Source: Felis catus (taxonomy: Eukaryota). From it: 64,000 nucleotides of DNA. The notes beneath the pieces were generated by a model, which ran no database searches, was not told where the DNA came from, and worked only from the letters and a program-made list of their open reading frames with translations. Every line of letters begins with the position of its first letter. Within the stretch, counting starts at the first letter, position 1. Positions 25,578 through 38,630 of the stretch are shown here, in pieces. The stretch is from NCBI RefSeq assembly GCF_018350175.1, contig NC_058368.1:36644001-36708000 (forward strand). The letters run 5' to 3'. A program made the translations under genes and the position numbers.

Positions 25578-26057
25578 TGAAGCAGGACCCAGTCATTGCC
25601 CCGACTGAGTCCATTTTGCCTTCAGCCTGTTCCACTTAATGGCTGTTTTCCCCTCTATCTACTCAGGTAACTCTGGCAGGGGGTGTGGTGGGCAAAACCT
25701 CCCGTGATGGGAATCAAAATTGCCCCTTTAAGCAGTAACGACTGCCCTGATGTCAGTAAGACCCCATATGATCGATCCCAAGATAATGATCAACCTGACT
25801 TTTGTTGCTCAGCTGCACATGCCCACCAATCTTTGTTCTGCATTTTCCCTGTATAAACTTAGAAGTATTCTCAGCAGTTCTTGGGACACTAGTCTGCTGT
25901 CTTCCTGGTGTTGGCCTCATTGAAGTAAAATCCTTTCTTGTTTCACCACCATTGGCCTCTCTGCCTTCCCATTTTGTCAGCAGTGAGTGGCACAACCTGG
26001 TCCCTTTGGGACCCTGGGACCAGGTGTAAGATCTTGCACCCTGGAGCTCTGGTAACA
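25578..26057 (+). mobile_element. Solo ERV1-like LTR with 4-bp TSD ATAG
   Basis: TGAAGC...GTAACA termini; ATAG at 25574-25577 and 26058-26061; TATAAA ~25852; AGTAAA ~25924. It interrupts an MLT2-like terminus (tagtcagggttctccagagaaacaga). Confidence 0.8.
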
Positions 26058-26564
26058 ATAGGATGTTATCTATATCTAATATTTCTCTTTTCCTGATTAT
26101 TGACACTTTTTCTATGTGGTATTCAAAGGCAACCTCCCCAGCTTGATTTGAATCTTGTCTAAACCATGGTATTCATGTTCAAATTCCTTTGTGTGTGTTT
26201 AAGCCTTCCTCTTGCACATCTTGAGTTTTCAGATTTGCTCACTTTCCTCTGTGTTGGGCTACCAGTCAGTACAGGGAGTCTTAGCTTTACCTAGAAAACC
26301 TGAGAAACGAACTCTCTGGCCCCTCCTCATTTTTTTTTTTTTTTTTTTTTTGGTATACAAATCAACTAGTATTTTAATTTTGTTACTTCATTGGACAGTG
26401 AATTCTGCCCAGACTCACATTTAAGACCACCCTCTTCTGACACAAGACCTTATTAATGCATCCTGTTTTGATCATGGGGTCCTTTTCAATGTTTTTTGTT
26501 TTTGTTTTTGTTTTTGTTTTTTTCTGGGTCCCTGGATTTAAAATTAGCATACGGTTACCTTTCA

Positions 26565-26685
26565 TATTTTATTTTATTTATTTTATTTTTTATTTTTTAG
26601 GTAGGATCCAGATCCAATGTGGGCTTTCACTTACAACCCTGAGATGGAGTCTCATGATCTACTGACTGAGCCAGCCAGGCACCCC
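26565..26685 (-). mobile_element. Short/deleted carnivore SINE
   Basis: ctgagccagccaggcacccc head and (TTTTA)n tail; lacks the CT region. Confidence 0.75.
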
Positions 26686-28569
26686 TACCCTTTCATATTT
26701 AAAATTTTCACCTAATTTAGTGTTTGTTACTATGCAGTTTTCATTTCAGTATTTTCTTTTTTAGTGTGTGCTTATTCTCTAAGTATATTAATTTTTAAAC
26801 TTGAGATTTGGATGTTATTTTATTATTTGGATCCATATTACTGCCATTTGTAATTTTTCTTCTTTTTTTTTTTTTGAGGCATTTGCATATTCTCCCAGTT
26901 TAGCATCATCTAACATCTAAACATTTCACCAGGTGTGTTCTATTTTCCTTTTCTGTTATTAGTGTTCAATGTTTATGGATCTTTGAGAGGCACAGGCCAG
27001 GAAAATCCCAGGGAGAGACATAATGCATGTGCTCAGCTGGACTTGTTGAAAATGATTCCACGTTAGCAGGATAATCTTAAAAAGAGTTACCACTTCCTTG
27101 TGTGATCTCTCTCCCTTAACCCTGTTGTCAAGGAAACATATCAAGACTTACTTATCCCTTTTATGATTTTTGGCCAATTCTCAGTACATATGTAATAAAT
27201 GTCAAAGTCTCCAACTTTAAGGGGCAGCTTCCTCAATATATTTGGAAAAGAAGTGATTTATCATGTATTTGTCAGGGAGTTAACTACTTGGCAGCTAATT
27301 CTTTGAATTGCAGGTTTTCTGCAGTGAACCCCACTCTTTGCTGCTGGTTACTGCCTAGGTTTCTTGGGCTACATTCTGCTCAGTGCAGTGCCGCCACCAT
27401 GGTCTAGTTCTGTGAGGGCAGGGCTGAGTTCCTGTCTTCTAATCATCAAATTCTAGGCACTCAGCACGATGTCTGTCCATAGAAGTTTGTAAGAGATATG
27501 TTTTGGGTGGATGAGTTTGTTAATTGTCTGCTATATGTAAAGCAAAATGACACTAAGCACTGGGAATCCAATGGTGATTCAGAAGTCCCTGCTTCTTATA
27601 GGCTATAGTTTCACAAAGAAGATAAAGTATTAAATAGGCAATTAGAATAATATATGATAAGTGATGTGCCAGGTTGGTGAGGCTGATGGGAAATAGGGTA
27701 AGGGAAGACACTGATGAGGGTTGAAATAAGGATCTAAGGATTGTAGCTGGGTAGGGAAACACCTGAAGATAGAGTGTGGTGATAGGGAATAGAGGGATCA
27801 ACTATCTGGAGGAAGCCCTGAGTGAAAGAATTGGGAAAATTGAAATTGTGCTCAGAGAGTGGGGTGTTTGGCTCATTTTTTCAAAGGTACAGAAGTTCCA
27901 GGTAAAATTGCAGTTCATGATGTGCTATGTCAAAGAATGGTCTGGTGGAGAAAATCACTATCTGGGAACGGGTCAAAGAAGTGAGAGGTCAGAGGCTGGG
28001 AGGACTCATCCACATGCTGATATTATTTACAATAATCAGAGTCTCCACAGATCTCAAACTCTTCTTCCTCTAGAACACAGATCATCTCTTTTGAGTTAGG
28101 CTGCTGTTCTGGGTGCACCCCATGCAGCTTTGTCATGACTCAGCATTTATCACACTGCTTGGTCATCGCCTTTTACATGTCATGGAAATCAGGAACCACA
28201 CTGTCTCTCTGGCTCTAGCAGAGAGTAAGGTACACAGAAGGGCTTGATAAATATTTTTCAATGAAAACATGAATGAAGAATTCAGTTATTATAAGTAGGC
28301 TTGGTTTCAGCTTTACATTGATGAAGGGACTCAATATCACTAGAATCTTTTTTTTTCCCTCCCCTCTATTTCTGGACTCTGCTTCTTTTGTTTTGTCCCT
28401 ATTCTTAGACATTTCTCTCTTTGTGCTAGAGAAATGGAACCAGACCTCATACTGCTCAGTCCATTGTCTCCACAGTTGGGTACATGTAGTCCACAGCATG
28501 CAAAATGTTATCCAAAGCATATGGCCTGAGAACAGGGAAAGCATGGTTACTTGGAGGGAAATCAAGGCA

Positions 28570-28571
<2 letters not shown>

Positions 28572-28607
<36 letters not shown>
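28572..28607. repeat. (CA)n microsatellite
   Basis: Directly visible. Confidence 0.98.
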
Positions 28608-28610
<3 letters not shown>

Positions 28611-30454
28611 TGTATCTCAAGAAGAGTAACTGGATTCAAGCAGCAGAAACAATAGATAGACAACAGTAACAACAATATTTTTTCTTGTGACACCAACAAT
28701 AACTTCAAAAAGCACAGAAGTCAAATCTTGTTTGCTCTTCAGGGCACAGAGTCCTCACCTAGATGTTTCTGAGTGAATGTCATTTGCCTTTGTTCATGAT
28801 GAGGTGCTCACTTTAACTTCTTGGAATCCCAGGACCACTGAACCACAGAGTTTGGAGGTTGCTGGCTGTGGGTCACGATCCTCACATTCCAGAAACCTTT
28901 TTGAGCCATGTGGACAGTAGCACTGTGGTTGCCATAGAAAGACTCCTTTTGGGGAATCTCCTTGAGATACACTGATGGAAACTTGACAGTGACTTCCAAT
29001 TGTAGTTAGAGCCACAAGACTTCCAGTAAATAGCCTCACTGCTGAAAACAACTGTCTTGAAGAAGAGAGGATAAAGGCACAGGGAGTTGGAGAGGAGTGT
29101 GTGTGCAAGAGTTAAATGAGAACCACTGAAAGCTATAGGTGTAACTGAAAGTCCACAATAGCTTTCAAGATGACAGGAAAAAGAGGCTTCCATGGTCAGT
29201 GTTACGTCTTAGAAGCCAGAGGCTAAGTCTGCCAGTGGCATTTAGCCATGCATAGTGATCTAATAATCAGAATCTTTTACAAAATATAAAAAGCCTCAGG
29301 AGAAGGAAAAGTAACAAAATCCATTTTGGAAGAACTTAAGCAAATCTTTGGAAGGGAAAAAAACCAAAGTGATAGACAAGTTATTGTATGGAACAGACAT
29401 GAGAACATTATCTTAATCTCCTGGCCAGTATTCTCCCAGGCTTTGGTCCATTTTAATTCCCTTCCAATTTACAAATTACTTTAACATTTATAAGGGACAC
29501 AGATGTGTCTTAAATTGATAAGTAGAGTGTCAAGCATCACTTCCAATAACAGGAAAAGAATCCACAGTCTTTAATTTTTACGTCTAATTGACTTCAGTTG
29601 AGGTGTAGTCAAATGTATATTATTTCTTAATTTGACACCTTCTATTTAAGAGGTCTTATTTTATGTGTATCAGAGTCACAGGTGTGAAATTAGTCACTGG
29701 GAAGGCTAACTGTTCCAGATTCTTTTGACCTTATGGCTGGAAGGAATTTAATTGTAACCTCATAAAAAGAAAGGAATTCTGGTCACTAGGGAAGATGATT
29801 ACATGGTCATTGACAATGTGAACTTGAATGGCTACATTAGCTCTTTAATTATAATGAATCAAGAAGAAACGTTCAAGGTTGGAAAGGAGGCTCCTGATAG
29901 GGGATAATGACAGGTACTTATGCAAATGGTATCAACACTGACAGAATGAAGAGGCTGGAGCCAGAAGGGAGATGTGCAACACCTACCGAAGATTCAGCAT
30001 CTGTCATTAAAACTACTGCATAAAGTGACACGGTTCCATTCACTAAATCTCAAGGTGGAGATTTTCTTTGTTAGGTTAGTACTTCTGTTGTCTTTTCCCT
30101 TCTGAAATTTTGGTGCCAATTTAGTGTGAATTTCCTTAAATGTGAATTGAGGAAGAAGTAAATAAATAGCAGACCAACATGTTCTTTACATAGGTTCTTA
30201 TTAGTAAAAAAAACAAAAACAACAACAAAAAAACATTATTGTTTGTCTTTTAATTCCCAGCTCTGGCTTCAATATCTATCATTTCAAAGTACCCAGGGCA
30301 GTTCTTAATGCATAGAAAATACTTATTAAAACTTGATAAATAAATTAATGATTGAATGAACGGATGATTATGGGGACATGAATGTTGTAAAGGAGAAAGG
30401 AAAGAAACTAAAAACCCAACTGAGGGACAGAGCTTCAATATTAGATCTCAATTA

Positions 30455-31139
30455 TGAAACTGAACAAAGGAAACCTCATTCAAACTGGAGTCTGAGGCGT
30501 GCCTGGGTGGCTCAGCTAGGTAAGCATTGGGCTCTTGATCTCGGCTCAGGTCATGGTCTCATGGTCATGGGATGGAACACTGAGCTCGATGCTCTGAGCT
30601 CCATGCTCAACATGGAGCCTGCTTGGGATTCTCTCCCTCTCTTTCTGCCCCTTCCCCACTTGCACACTCTCTTTGTCTAAACAAACGAACAAACAAACAT
30701 TTAAGAAAAGGTATTTAAAATGGAGTCTGAAGGGGAAAAAAAAAATGGAGTCAGGAGGCCAGGAGGGGTAGTTCTCACAGACCTACCACTGGTTCAAACT
30801 CTTTGCAGATCCTAAGGGGAAGACGCCTACTTTACTACCTAACAGGAGGAAGATTTTCTCCTCCCCCAGCAACAGCCCAGCCAATGAGGACTGTCACAAA
30901 TCAGCCAATGAAAAGACACTACATTTCCAATTCCCAGTTTACTCCAATGGACTTTTTGCTTATAAAAGCCCTTCCCAGCTCCCCCCTTTCCTTTATAAAA
31001 GAGCCTCTCCCTTATTCTTTATGCTTGCCTATGGTTCACCATAGCTTACTTGTCCTGAACTGCAATTCCTCTGCTATTCAGAAATAAACCTATTTTGCTA
31101 TTAAAATAACTGGCTGTTTTTATTATCCAGGCTGATACG
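30455..31139 (+). mobile_element. Solo LTR interrupted by a SINE
   Basis: TGAAAC start, two AGCCAATGA boxes (~30879, ~30903), TATAAAA (30961, ~30994), AATAAA ~31083. Confidence 0.75.
30494..30705 (+). mobile_element. Carnivore SINE (older subfamily)
   Basis: Head and body present, (AAAC)n tail; TGGAGTCTGA duplicated on both sides. Confidence 0.9.
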
Positions 31140-31761
31140 ATTTACACAGCTTTTACAACACTGAAAATAGATGTATTTCTTGGAATTCTTTAAAGAAAGT
31201 CTGTTGAGAACACTTATGAGATAATCATTTTTAGTCAGAGATTACTTAATTAAGGTAAGGATATATAAACAGCTTGCACCACCCACAGGCAAAGTACTGA
31301 TGTTTGTCTGGGTAATGAAACTGGTTTCTGCTTATAGAAAACTAGGCAGCCCTCCTTGGAGCTTTTTCTTCTGAACAAGCACAACAATGACAAAAATCCA
31401 TACAGAAAATATGTTTTTTTAGGACATAGAGTCATCATCTTAGGGAGAAAACAGTTATTCCTTAGTCCTAATATTTGGTCCTTGGGGATAGAACTTCTAT
31501 TACAATAATCTTCCCCTTTCCTTTTTACTTGTCTTCAGGAAAAGAGACTTTATTTGGTATGCCAACTTGAGAGAAGAGCTGAACCTCACCCTCTTTTTTA
31601 GAGCCACTCTGCTCACAAGAAGCCTGCATTATTTTTCCTCTGGTCAGTTGTTCTCAAAAGTGTGTTCTCAGACCAAAGGCCTCAAGATTCTCTGGAGACT
31701 TGTGAGAATTTGTTATCTGAATGAGCCACCCCCCCAAAAAATATTAAAAAATTAAAAAGAA

Positions 31762-31970
31762 GGGGCACCTGGGTGGCTCAGGCAGTTAAGCATCTAACTT
31801 CCTCTCATGTCATGATCTTGTGGTTCATGGGTTCAGGCCTCATGTTGGGCTCTGTGCTGACAGCTCAGAGTCTGGAGCTTGCTTCGGATTCTGTGTCTCC
31901 CTTTCTCTGCCCCTTCCCCACTCATGCTCTGTCTGTCTCTAAAAAATAGACAAAGAAACAAACAAAATTT
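31762..31970 (+). mobile_element. Carnivore SINE
   Basis: Head, body and tail present. Confidence 0.9.
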
Positions 31971-32188
31971 AAAGGAGCCAAAGATGGCCTCTGGGTGTTG
32001 GCCCAATCTGTTTTCTTCTTCACAGCAGTATGGGACCAGTTAGCTCAATAGCCCACTGGCACCAAACTTAATTTTTTACATATCCAAATGTTTTAAGCAG
32101 AGCCCTAATAAATTAGCAGATTATTAGCCAAGTAGATCCTACCTGCTTTGCATACCCCATATAATTGCAGCCAGCCTCCACTAACTGT

Positions 32189-32284
32189 AGAGAAGAGGAG
32201 AGAAGAGAAGAGAAGAGAAGAGAAGAGAAGAGAAGAGAAGAGAAGAGAAGAGAAGAGAAGAGAAGAGAAGAGAAGAGAAGAGAA
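32189..32284. repeat. (AGAAG)n pentanucleotide microsatellite
   Basis: Directly visible; nearly pure array. Confidence 0.98.
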
Positions 32285-32756
32285 CTACTGGAGCTGTAAA
32301 GAAGACTCCAAGATGCTGCTGCCCTTCAGAGCTCTGTGACCCAGACCCTCCCCATGGACAGCTGCACAACATCACCCAGACACTTGATCCTCTTGCTGGG
32401 TGGTGGTCTCTGCATTATCTCACGCGGTGAGAGACCTGCCCCACATATGAACGTGTCAAAGTGTCAGCCAAATAAAGCTTGTTGTATGTTATTGCAGTGT
32501 TCACATCTATCACATCTGTTCCTTGATCAACTCCCAAATCTTTGGAACTCACTACAGAATTACAGAATTCAGGTCCTGCCTCAGACCTACTAAGTCTCTA
32601 CTCTTGGGTGGGGACCAGTAATCTATACTTTAATAAATGCTTCAGGTGATTGTGTTGAATGCTGAAGTTTGAGAACCACTGTCTTTCACAAGGCAGGACA
32701 CCCATTGGTGAAGCCTGTAGTTCTTTCGCATGTGTGTTATGACCTGGTAAGTTTCT

Positions 32757-33251
32757 GTATTATTAATCTGTTGCTGTGTAACAAATTCCCCTCAACAGTT
32801 AGTAGCTTAAAATAATTCACATTTATTATCTCATTGTTTCTGTCGGTTAAGAATTCAGAATCAGCTTAGCTGGGTGGTTCGGGGTCTGGATTTCTCATGT
32901 GGTTACCGTCAGGATGTTGGTTGGGACTTCAGTCATCTAGGGGTTTGACTAGGAAGGTCTGTTTCCAAGGTGGCTCACTCTCATGGCTGTTGGCAAGACC
33001 TCTGAGTTGCTTACCATGTGAGTACCTCTGTAGGGCTGCCTAAATAATTTAATGACAAGGAAGTTGGCTTCCCACAGAATAAGAGATCCAAAAGAAAGCA
33101 AGAGAGAAGTTATAGTGTCTTTCATAACCCTCAGAAATCACATTTTCCATTTTCACAATGTTCTATTGGTTATGAAATTCAGCCCTAGTATGGGACATGA
33201 ATGCCATGGGGCAGGGGTCATTGGGGGACATCTTGGAGGCTGACTACCATA
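32757..33251 (-). mobile_element. MaLR LTR (MLT1E/F-like)
   Basis: ttgctgtgtaacaaatt...agcttagctgggtggttc...ccaaggtggctcactctcatggctgttggc...atcttggaggctgactaccata. Confidence 0.8.
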
Positions 33252-33298
33252 GTCTCTCTAAATCAGAAATGCAACAGTGACAATGTAAGTTTCCCAAA

Positions 33299-33684
33299 TG
33301 TCAACCTAAATAAAGAGGTACACGAAGGCCAACACAAATTACCAGAAATTGAGTTTAGTTGGGAATAGCAGAGGAATTGCAATTCGGGAAACCCATGCTA
33401 TAACAAGCTACAGGTGAGTCTGTGGAGGGTTTGGAGTAGAATGTATTTATGGTAAGGAACGCAAAGAGGAGGAAGTTGAGCCAGAGTCCAAGAAGTAATT
33501 TCATTGGCTTGAGGATGTAGAGAGATTCTTGGCAGATGTTCACAGGTCAGGAGGTAAGTCTTGGTCTTCTGTAAATCATACACTTAATGAAAGTTAGTCT
33601 CTTGGTTCTTAAAGTCCATTATCCTGAGGGCACATGTGTGAGATTCTACATCTCATATCCTCTGGTTCCATTGAAATCCTTTCA
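33299..33684 (-). mobile_element. Solo LTR related to the one at 30455
   Basis: TG...CA termini; shares TGCAATTCCTCTGCTATTC (reverse complement) with 31061-31079. Confidence 0.7.
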
Positions 33685-33859
33685 CACAAACATGGCATGT
33701 ATCTATAATCAAAGGTGATATTTTGCTTCTGTCTGCTCATGGCCAGGTTTCATTTGATTGCTAGCTTGGATGGGGAAAAGCAATGTTATCGACTCTCTCA
33801 TAACCCAACATGTAAAAAATTGTAAATCATGGTAATCCCTCTCATATGCTTTTCTAATT

Positions 33860-34815
33860 AATTGCCTACTATACATCTCTCTCAGGATGCCCCACAGCAC
33901 CCCAGAATTAAACTCCTGATACACCCTGCTAAACCTGTTTTTCTTTCATTTCCTTCTTATATTCAATAGCACCACCATCCGGCCGCCTGCCCAGGTCAGG
34001 AATCTTGGAGTCTCTCTTAGTGACTCTCTCCTTCATCCCCCAAGGTCTGGTAATCATCCAATCCTGCTGACTTTATCCCCTAAGTAACTCTCAAACTTCT
34101 CGTTACCTCCACATTGCTCTTCTCTCAACAGCATTGATGTTACAACCACCAGCTGGTCTCTCTACTTTCCCTGTGGAAAATAGTTTGGAGGCGGGATGGA
34201 GGGGATCAGGGAGACAGCTGGGGGTTGTAGTATCAATCCTGTTGAGAGAAAAAAGTGGTGGTGGTGAAGAAGAGAACTAATTTGAGTGATTTTTCTAAAA
34301 CGTTCTCTTCTTTAGATCCCTCTCCATAACTCCCTTTTGTCCTTAAAGTCCAATTCCAAGTACGCCTGAAAGCCTCCCTGACCTGGTGTGGTGTAGCTCT
34401 TCAGTTTACTCTCTTGCCTATACTCAACCAGTCTGAACTTCCTTCAGACTCACGATTGCCTATTTCTCTTTACCACCAAACCCATTTTATAAATGTTCCC
34501 CTCATCTGAATTTCCCTTTGCTTCATCCTATTCATTTGTGAAGCTTTTATGTGTTCTTCAGGGCTTGGTTTATATGTTCCCTTTCTGGGAAGTCTTTTCT
34601 GACTCCCAGATATGGGATGAAAGCTTCTCTATGGTCTCCTTCAGCACCTCACGGTTATCTAATCATCATATGTACCAACATTGAGACGATGATTTATTTG
34701 AGCCTCTCTTCCACTGAATTGCACAGTGCCTGAGGCAGGGACCCTGTCCTACTAACTATTGTGCACCCAGCCCTGTCACAGGTTCAGCACTTGATACAAT
34801 GTGTTGAATGAATGC
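33860..34815 (+). mobile_element. L2 LINE 3' fragment containing a local inversion
   Basis: Pyrimidine-rich L2 motifs (caatagcaccaccatcc..cccaggtcaggaatcttggagtc), ending gttgaatgaatg. Confidence 0.7.
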
Positions 34816-35434
34816 TTTTGTATTTATCAGTTAATAGACCATTTGCTTCTACTCTCAGTGGAGGACTGTTTCCTTTGATTGACGGCTCATTATTTCCTTT
34901 TATATTCTCTGTCTTCCCTGTCTCCCTCTTGCTCCTGTACCCCCACCCCTTTCCCATTTCCTTTCTTCTCTTCCTCCTTTCCAAAATACTTATTGAACCC
35001 CTACTGTATTCCAAGAAGTGCTCTTCTAACCTCTTTCTACCATTTCTTCACATCTTCTGCATTAGAGTTCTTCATTTGCTGTTTTTCTATTTTTACCAAG
35101 AATGTGGATAATCTTCAGGATCATTCTTATCTATGTCTGACCCTGTAATAAGTATAGGAGAAAACAAGGCTTTGTGTAGAATCAGAAGTATACTGCATTT
35201 GGCCCATGGTGGTGCCTATGTCTTGCTTTATTTGCTTTCTTCATCATATAAGCACACCTGAGTGAACAGGTCTACTGGGTTCCTTCTAGAGGACTAAACT
35301 TGTGAGGAAGAGGATACTAAGGCTTTCTGCAGAGCTTCACAGTGTGTGAGTCCATGTTAACATGACTGTCTCCAATATCACAAATATGGAGACTTGTGTG
35401 ATGGTGTGGTGCTCATAAATGGACTTTCTGAAAT

Positions 35435-35598
35435 AAAAGAGATCCCTGATTTATAGCTTTTGCCAGTTTGCGTGGTATAAATACGCCTACCGTGGTTGAT
35501 TTCAAGCTACCAATATGACATCACTGAACACAGAGTTGGGAAGTGATAGGTAGAATCGGCTCTTGCTAAAAGGTACAAGCCTGTCCAGCACATCACTG
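35435..35598 (-). mobile_element. MER63-like hAT element
   Basis: gatttcaagctaccaa..tgacatcactgaac..agagttgggaag...ccagcacatcactg. Confidence 0.7.
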
Positions 35599-36014
35599 CT
35601 ATGTCAGGGGGCACAGGCTTCCAGGAAGGGGGCGCTGGGTAGCTATCATTAGTCTGACCAGCACCCTGCTCTCTTTTCTGAAAGTTGCCTTACAACCCTG
35701 CAGAGTTATCAGCTGGATTATCCTGATGGGGTTGGAGGTGCTCAACTCCAGCTGGGCTGAGCAAAGTACTTTCTAATACACCTAGTTTGGGAATCTGGCT
35801 GGTTTCATGTACAGAGACATAGATCAGGAGTTAGAGCGGCCATTTCCTTAACATGGAGTTAGAGTAGAATAAGCCCACCTGCAGCAAGAAAGAAGCAGCA
35901 ACAGGATATATGAAGAAGGGAATGACTGGGTTTCTATAGCTCTTTAGCATCTGAGATGAGGAGTACCTCCGTGCATGGATATGAGAGACTGCCTGACCCT
36001 ACTTACCTTTGTTT

Positions 36015-36232
36015 AAAAAATTTTTTTTTAACGTTTATTTATTTTTGAGACAGAGAGAGACAGAGCATGAATGGGGGAGGGTCAGAGAGAGAGGGAGACA
36101 CAGAATCCGAAGCAAGCTCCAGGCTCTGAGCTGTCAGCACAGAGCCCCACAAGGGGCTCGAACTCATGGACCGTGATATCATGACCTGAGCTGAAGTCGG
36201 ACGCTTAACCCACTAAGCCACCCAGGCGCCCC
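36015..36232 (-). mobile_element. Carnivore SINE
   Basis: Reverse-strand SINE; TSD CTTACCTTTGTTTAA. Confidence 0.95.
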
Positions 36233-37366
36233 CTTACCTTTGTTTAAGTTAGCACTGTGTATTTGAAAACAGGCATGTTAATAGTACAGAGGATAATAGT
36301 ACAGAGAATCTGGCTGAAAAACAACTGTCAAACTTTTTTTTTTTCTGTGTTCATCCTCCCAACTATCGGTTCAGAAACTAACACCCGAAATCATAAAACT
36401 TTGATTATAGGGTTTTTTTTTTTGAAATTTAAATATCTATTTTTAAACCTCCCAAAACCCTGGAGTATGCTTTATCTAGAAACAGTTTACAGGACTAATA
36501 ACAATAATAATTAATAAGCAATACAATTCCTACCCATGACACAGCTGTAAAGTTTCAAATAATCAATTTATAAATTTGTTGAATTTACTTTTACAAAAAT
36601 ATTCATTTCATCCATGAGATGAGTTGCAAAATTATTTCCAGATTTCTATAGATTACAAACTGAAATTCAGTTTCAGTTACATAGCAGGTGAACATTTTAA
36701 CTGAACTATCACTTCAAAATATAATGTGTTAAAAGTAATTGTTATAGTATAGGCACCACTCAAAAGAAATTTCTTGGTATATGACACAACCACAAGTTAT
36801 TCAAATGTCTGTATTATTACAGAAAAAGAGGAGGTAATGGCCACTTTGACTAAAAATTGTATTCTTTACTTGAAGAACATTTTTCTTCTAATATTTGGCA
36901 ATTATTCAGATTTTTAAAAATGACTTCTGTGACAAAACAAAACTGTGCAGATCCAAACATTAACTATCAAAACTAATTAATATCAATAATTCTATAACTA
37001 ATGAAATACAGCCCCAGTTCAGAACTTAGGCAGGCATAATATACATACTGGGCTTAAAAATGAAAAGGTATTACCCATGTTACAGTACCATAAATATAAC
37101 TGAAAATTAACTATACCGTCTAACCTAACTTTGGGCAGAGATCAGCCTGTCCTATGGTTATTTTCATATGAACAAATGATACTTATGTACTGGGTAATTA
37201 TGAAGAACAAAAATGTATAAACAGTTTATAGGACATTTTACTACCATGAAAAAATATGCTGCTATGAGTATATTCTATACCTGTTGATCAGGTATTTAAT
37301 CATATGATTATCAGCTTTTATTAAGCTCCCCAAATCCAGGTATATAATATGTAATATGAGTTGAAG

Positions 37367-37595
37367 TTTTTATTTATTTATTTTTTAAATGTTTATTTAT
37401 TTATTTTTTGAGACCGAGAGAGACAGAGCATGAACAGGGCAGGGGCAGAGAGAGAGGGAGACACAGAATCTGAAACAGGCTCCAGTCTCTGAGCTGTCAG
37501 CACAGAGCCCAACGTGGGGCTCGAACTCACAGACTGTGAGATCATGACCTGAGCTGAAGTCGGACGCTTAACCGACTGAGCCACCCAGGTGCCCC
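37367..37595 (-). mobile_element. Carnivore SINE inside the pseudogene 3'UTR
   Basis: Reverse-strand SINE; TSD GTTGAAGTTTTTA. Confidence 0.95.
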
Positions 37596-38197
37596 GGGTT
37601 GAAGTTTTTAAAAATGAAGCCTGACTAATTTCTTCAGTACTGCCAAAACCCCATCCATGGCTAATTAGCATTGCTTTAAATTTCCAACCGTGTTAAATAA
37701 GGGTTAATTGTCTCTTCTAAAAGAGAAGGTAAATACCACACACCAAGAGGTAGCTCTGTTGCCTATAAATGCTTCAAACGCAGGGCTCTCAAATATGATT
37801 GTCACTGAGCTGCCTGGAATATCATACCAACTTTGTAGAAGAGTCAATACTTTTCCAGGTTTCATTTCCAAGAGCTTATGAAAAACCTCTGTTTAAGAAG
37901 GTAAGACTTGTTTCCATCTCCCCACCAATAGTCATTTTTAGAATATGCTCATGTTTTTAAAAAAGCATTTTGCAGCTTGATGGGTTACAAAAGTCGAATA
38001 TTTAGGATGACTTTGAAAGACCTGTGTGCATACAGTTAACTAAAGATCAAAACAGGAAAGGTTTTCAATGCCAGTCACTTAAGTAATGATACCTAAAAGC
38101 AAAACTGTCTCTCAACATTTAGTAGAATACAGGGGAAACCATAGTATTAGAAGTTATTCCTTACAAAGTAATCTCTTTAAAATATAAAATGATAAAG

Positions 38198-38409
38198 TGG
38201 CACCTGGGTGGCTCTGTTGGTTAAGTGTCCGCCTTTGGCTCAGGTCACGATCTCACGGTTTGTGAGTTCGAGCCCCACGTCGGGCTCTGTGCTGACAGCT
38301 CACAGCCAGGAGCCTGCTTCGGTTTCTGTGTCTCCTCTCTCTACCCCTGGCCTGCTCATGCTCTGTCTCTCTCTCAAAAAATAAACATTGAAAAAAATTT
38401 AAAAAATTT
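38198..38409 (+). mobile_element. Carnivore SINE inside the pseudogene 3'UTR
   Basis: Head, body and tail present. Confidence 0.95.
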
Positions 38410-38630
38410 GGGCGCCTGGGTGGCGCAGTCGGTTAAGCGTCGGACTTCAGCCAGGTCACGATCTCGCAGTCCGTGAGTTCGAGCCCCGCGTCAGGCTCTG
38501 GGCTGATGGCTCAGAGCCTGGAGCCTGTTTCCGATTCTGTGTCTCCCTCTCTCTCTGCCCCTCCCCCGTTCATGCTCTGTCTCTCTCTGTTCCAAAAATA
38601 AATAAACGTTGAAAAAAAAATTAAAAAAAA
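38410..38630 (+). mobile_element. Young felid SINE inserted in the tail of the preceding SINE
   Basis: Young-subfamily diagnostics (ggcgcagtcgg, ctgggctgatgg, cctgtttccg). Confidence 0.95.

Larger units (their letters stand above)
31711..32556 (+). mobile_element. Solo LTR with 5-bp TSD GAATT, containing a SINE and (AGAAG)n
   Basis: TGTTAT...CTACA termini; GAATT at 31706-31710 and 32557-32561; AATAAA ~32471. Confidence 0.8.
31645..32681. mobile_element. MER5A-like MITE split in two (31645-31710 and 32562-32681)
   Basis: Left half cagttgttctcaaa; right half ends aagtttgagaaccactg (terminal inverted repeats). Confidence 0.75.

Noticed and set aside
29758..29906. Protein-like open stretch (GILVTREDDYMVIDNVNLNGYISSLIIMNQEETFK) as a possible exon
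   Set aside because: No polypyrimidine acceptor, a weak donor, no recognised homology and no partner exons.
30455..33684. Two related LTRs as the ends of one provirus
   Set aside because: They are in opposite orientation, share only a short motif, and enclose no internal retroviral sequence.
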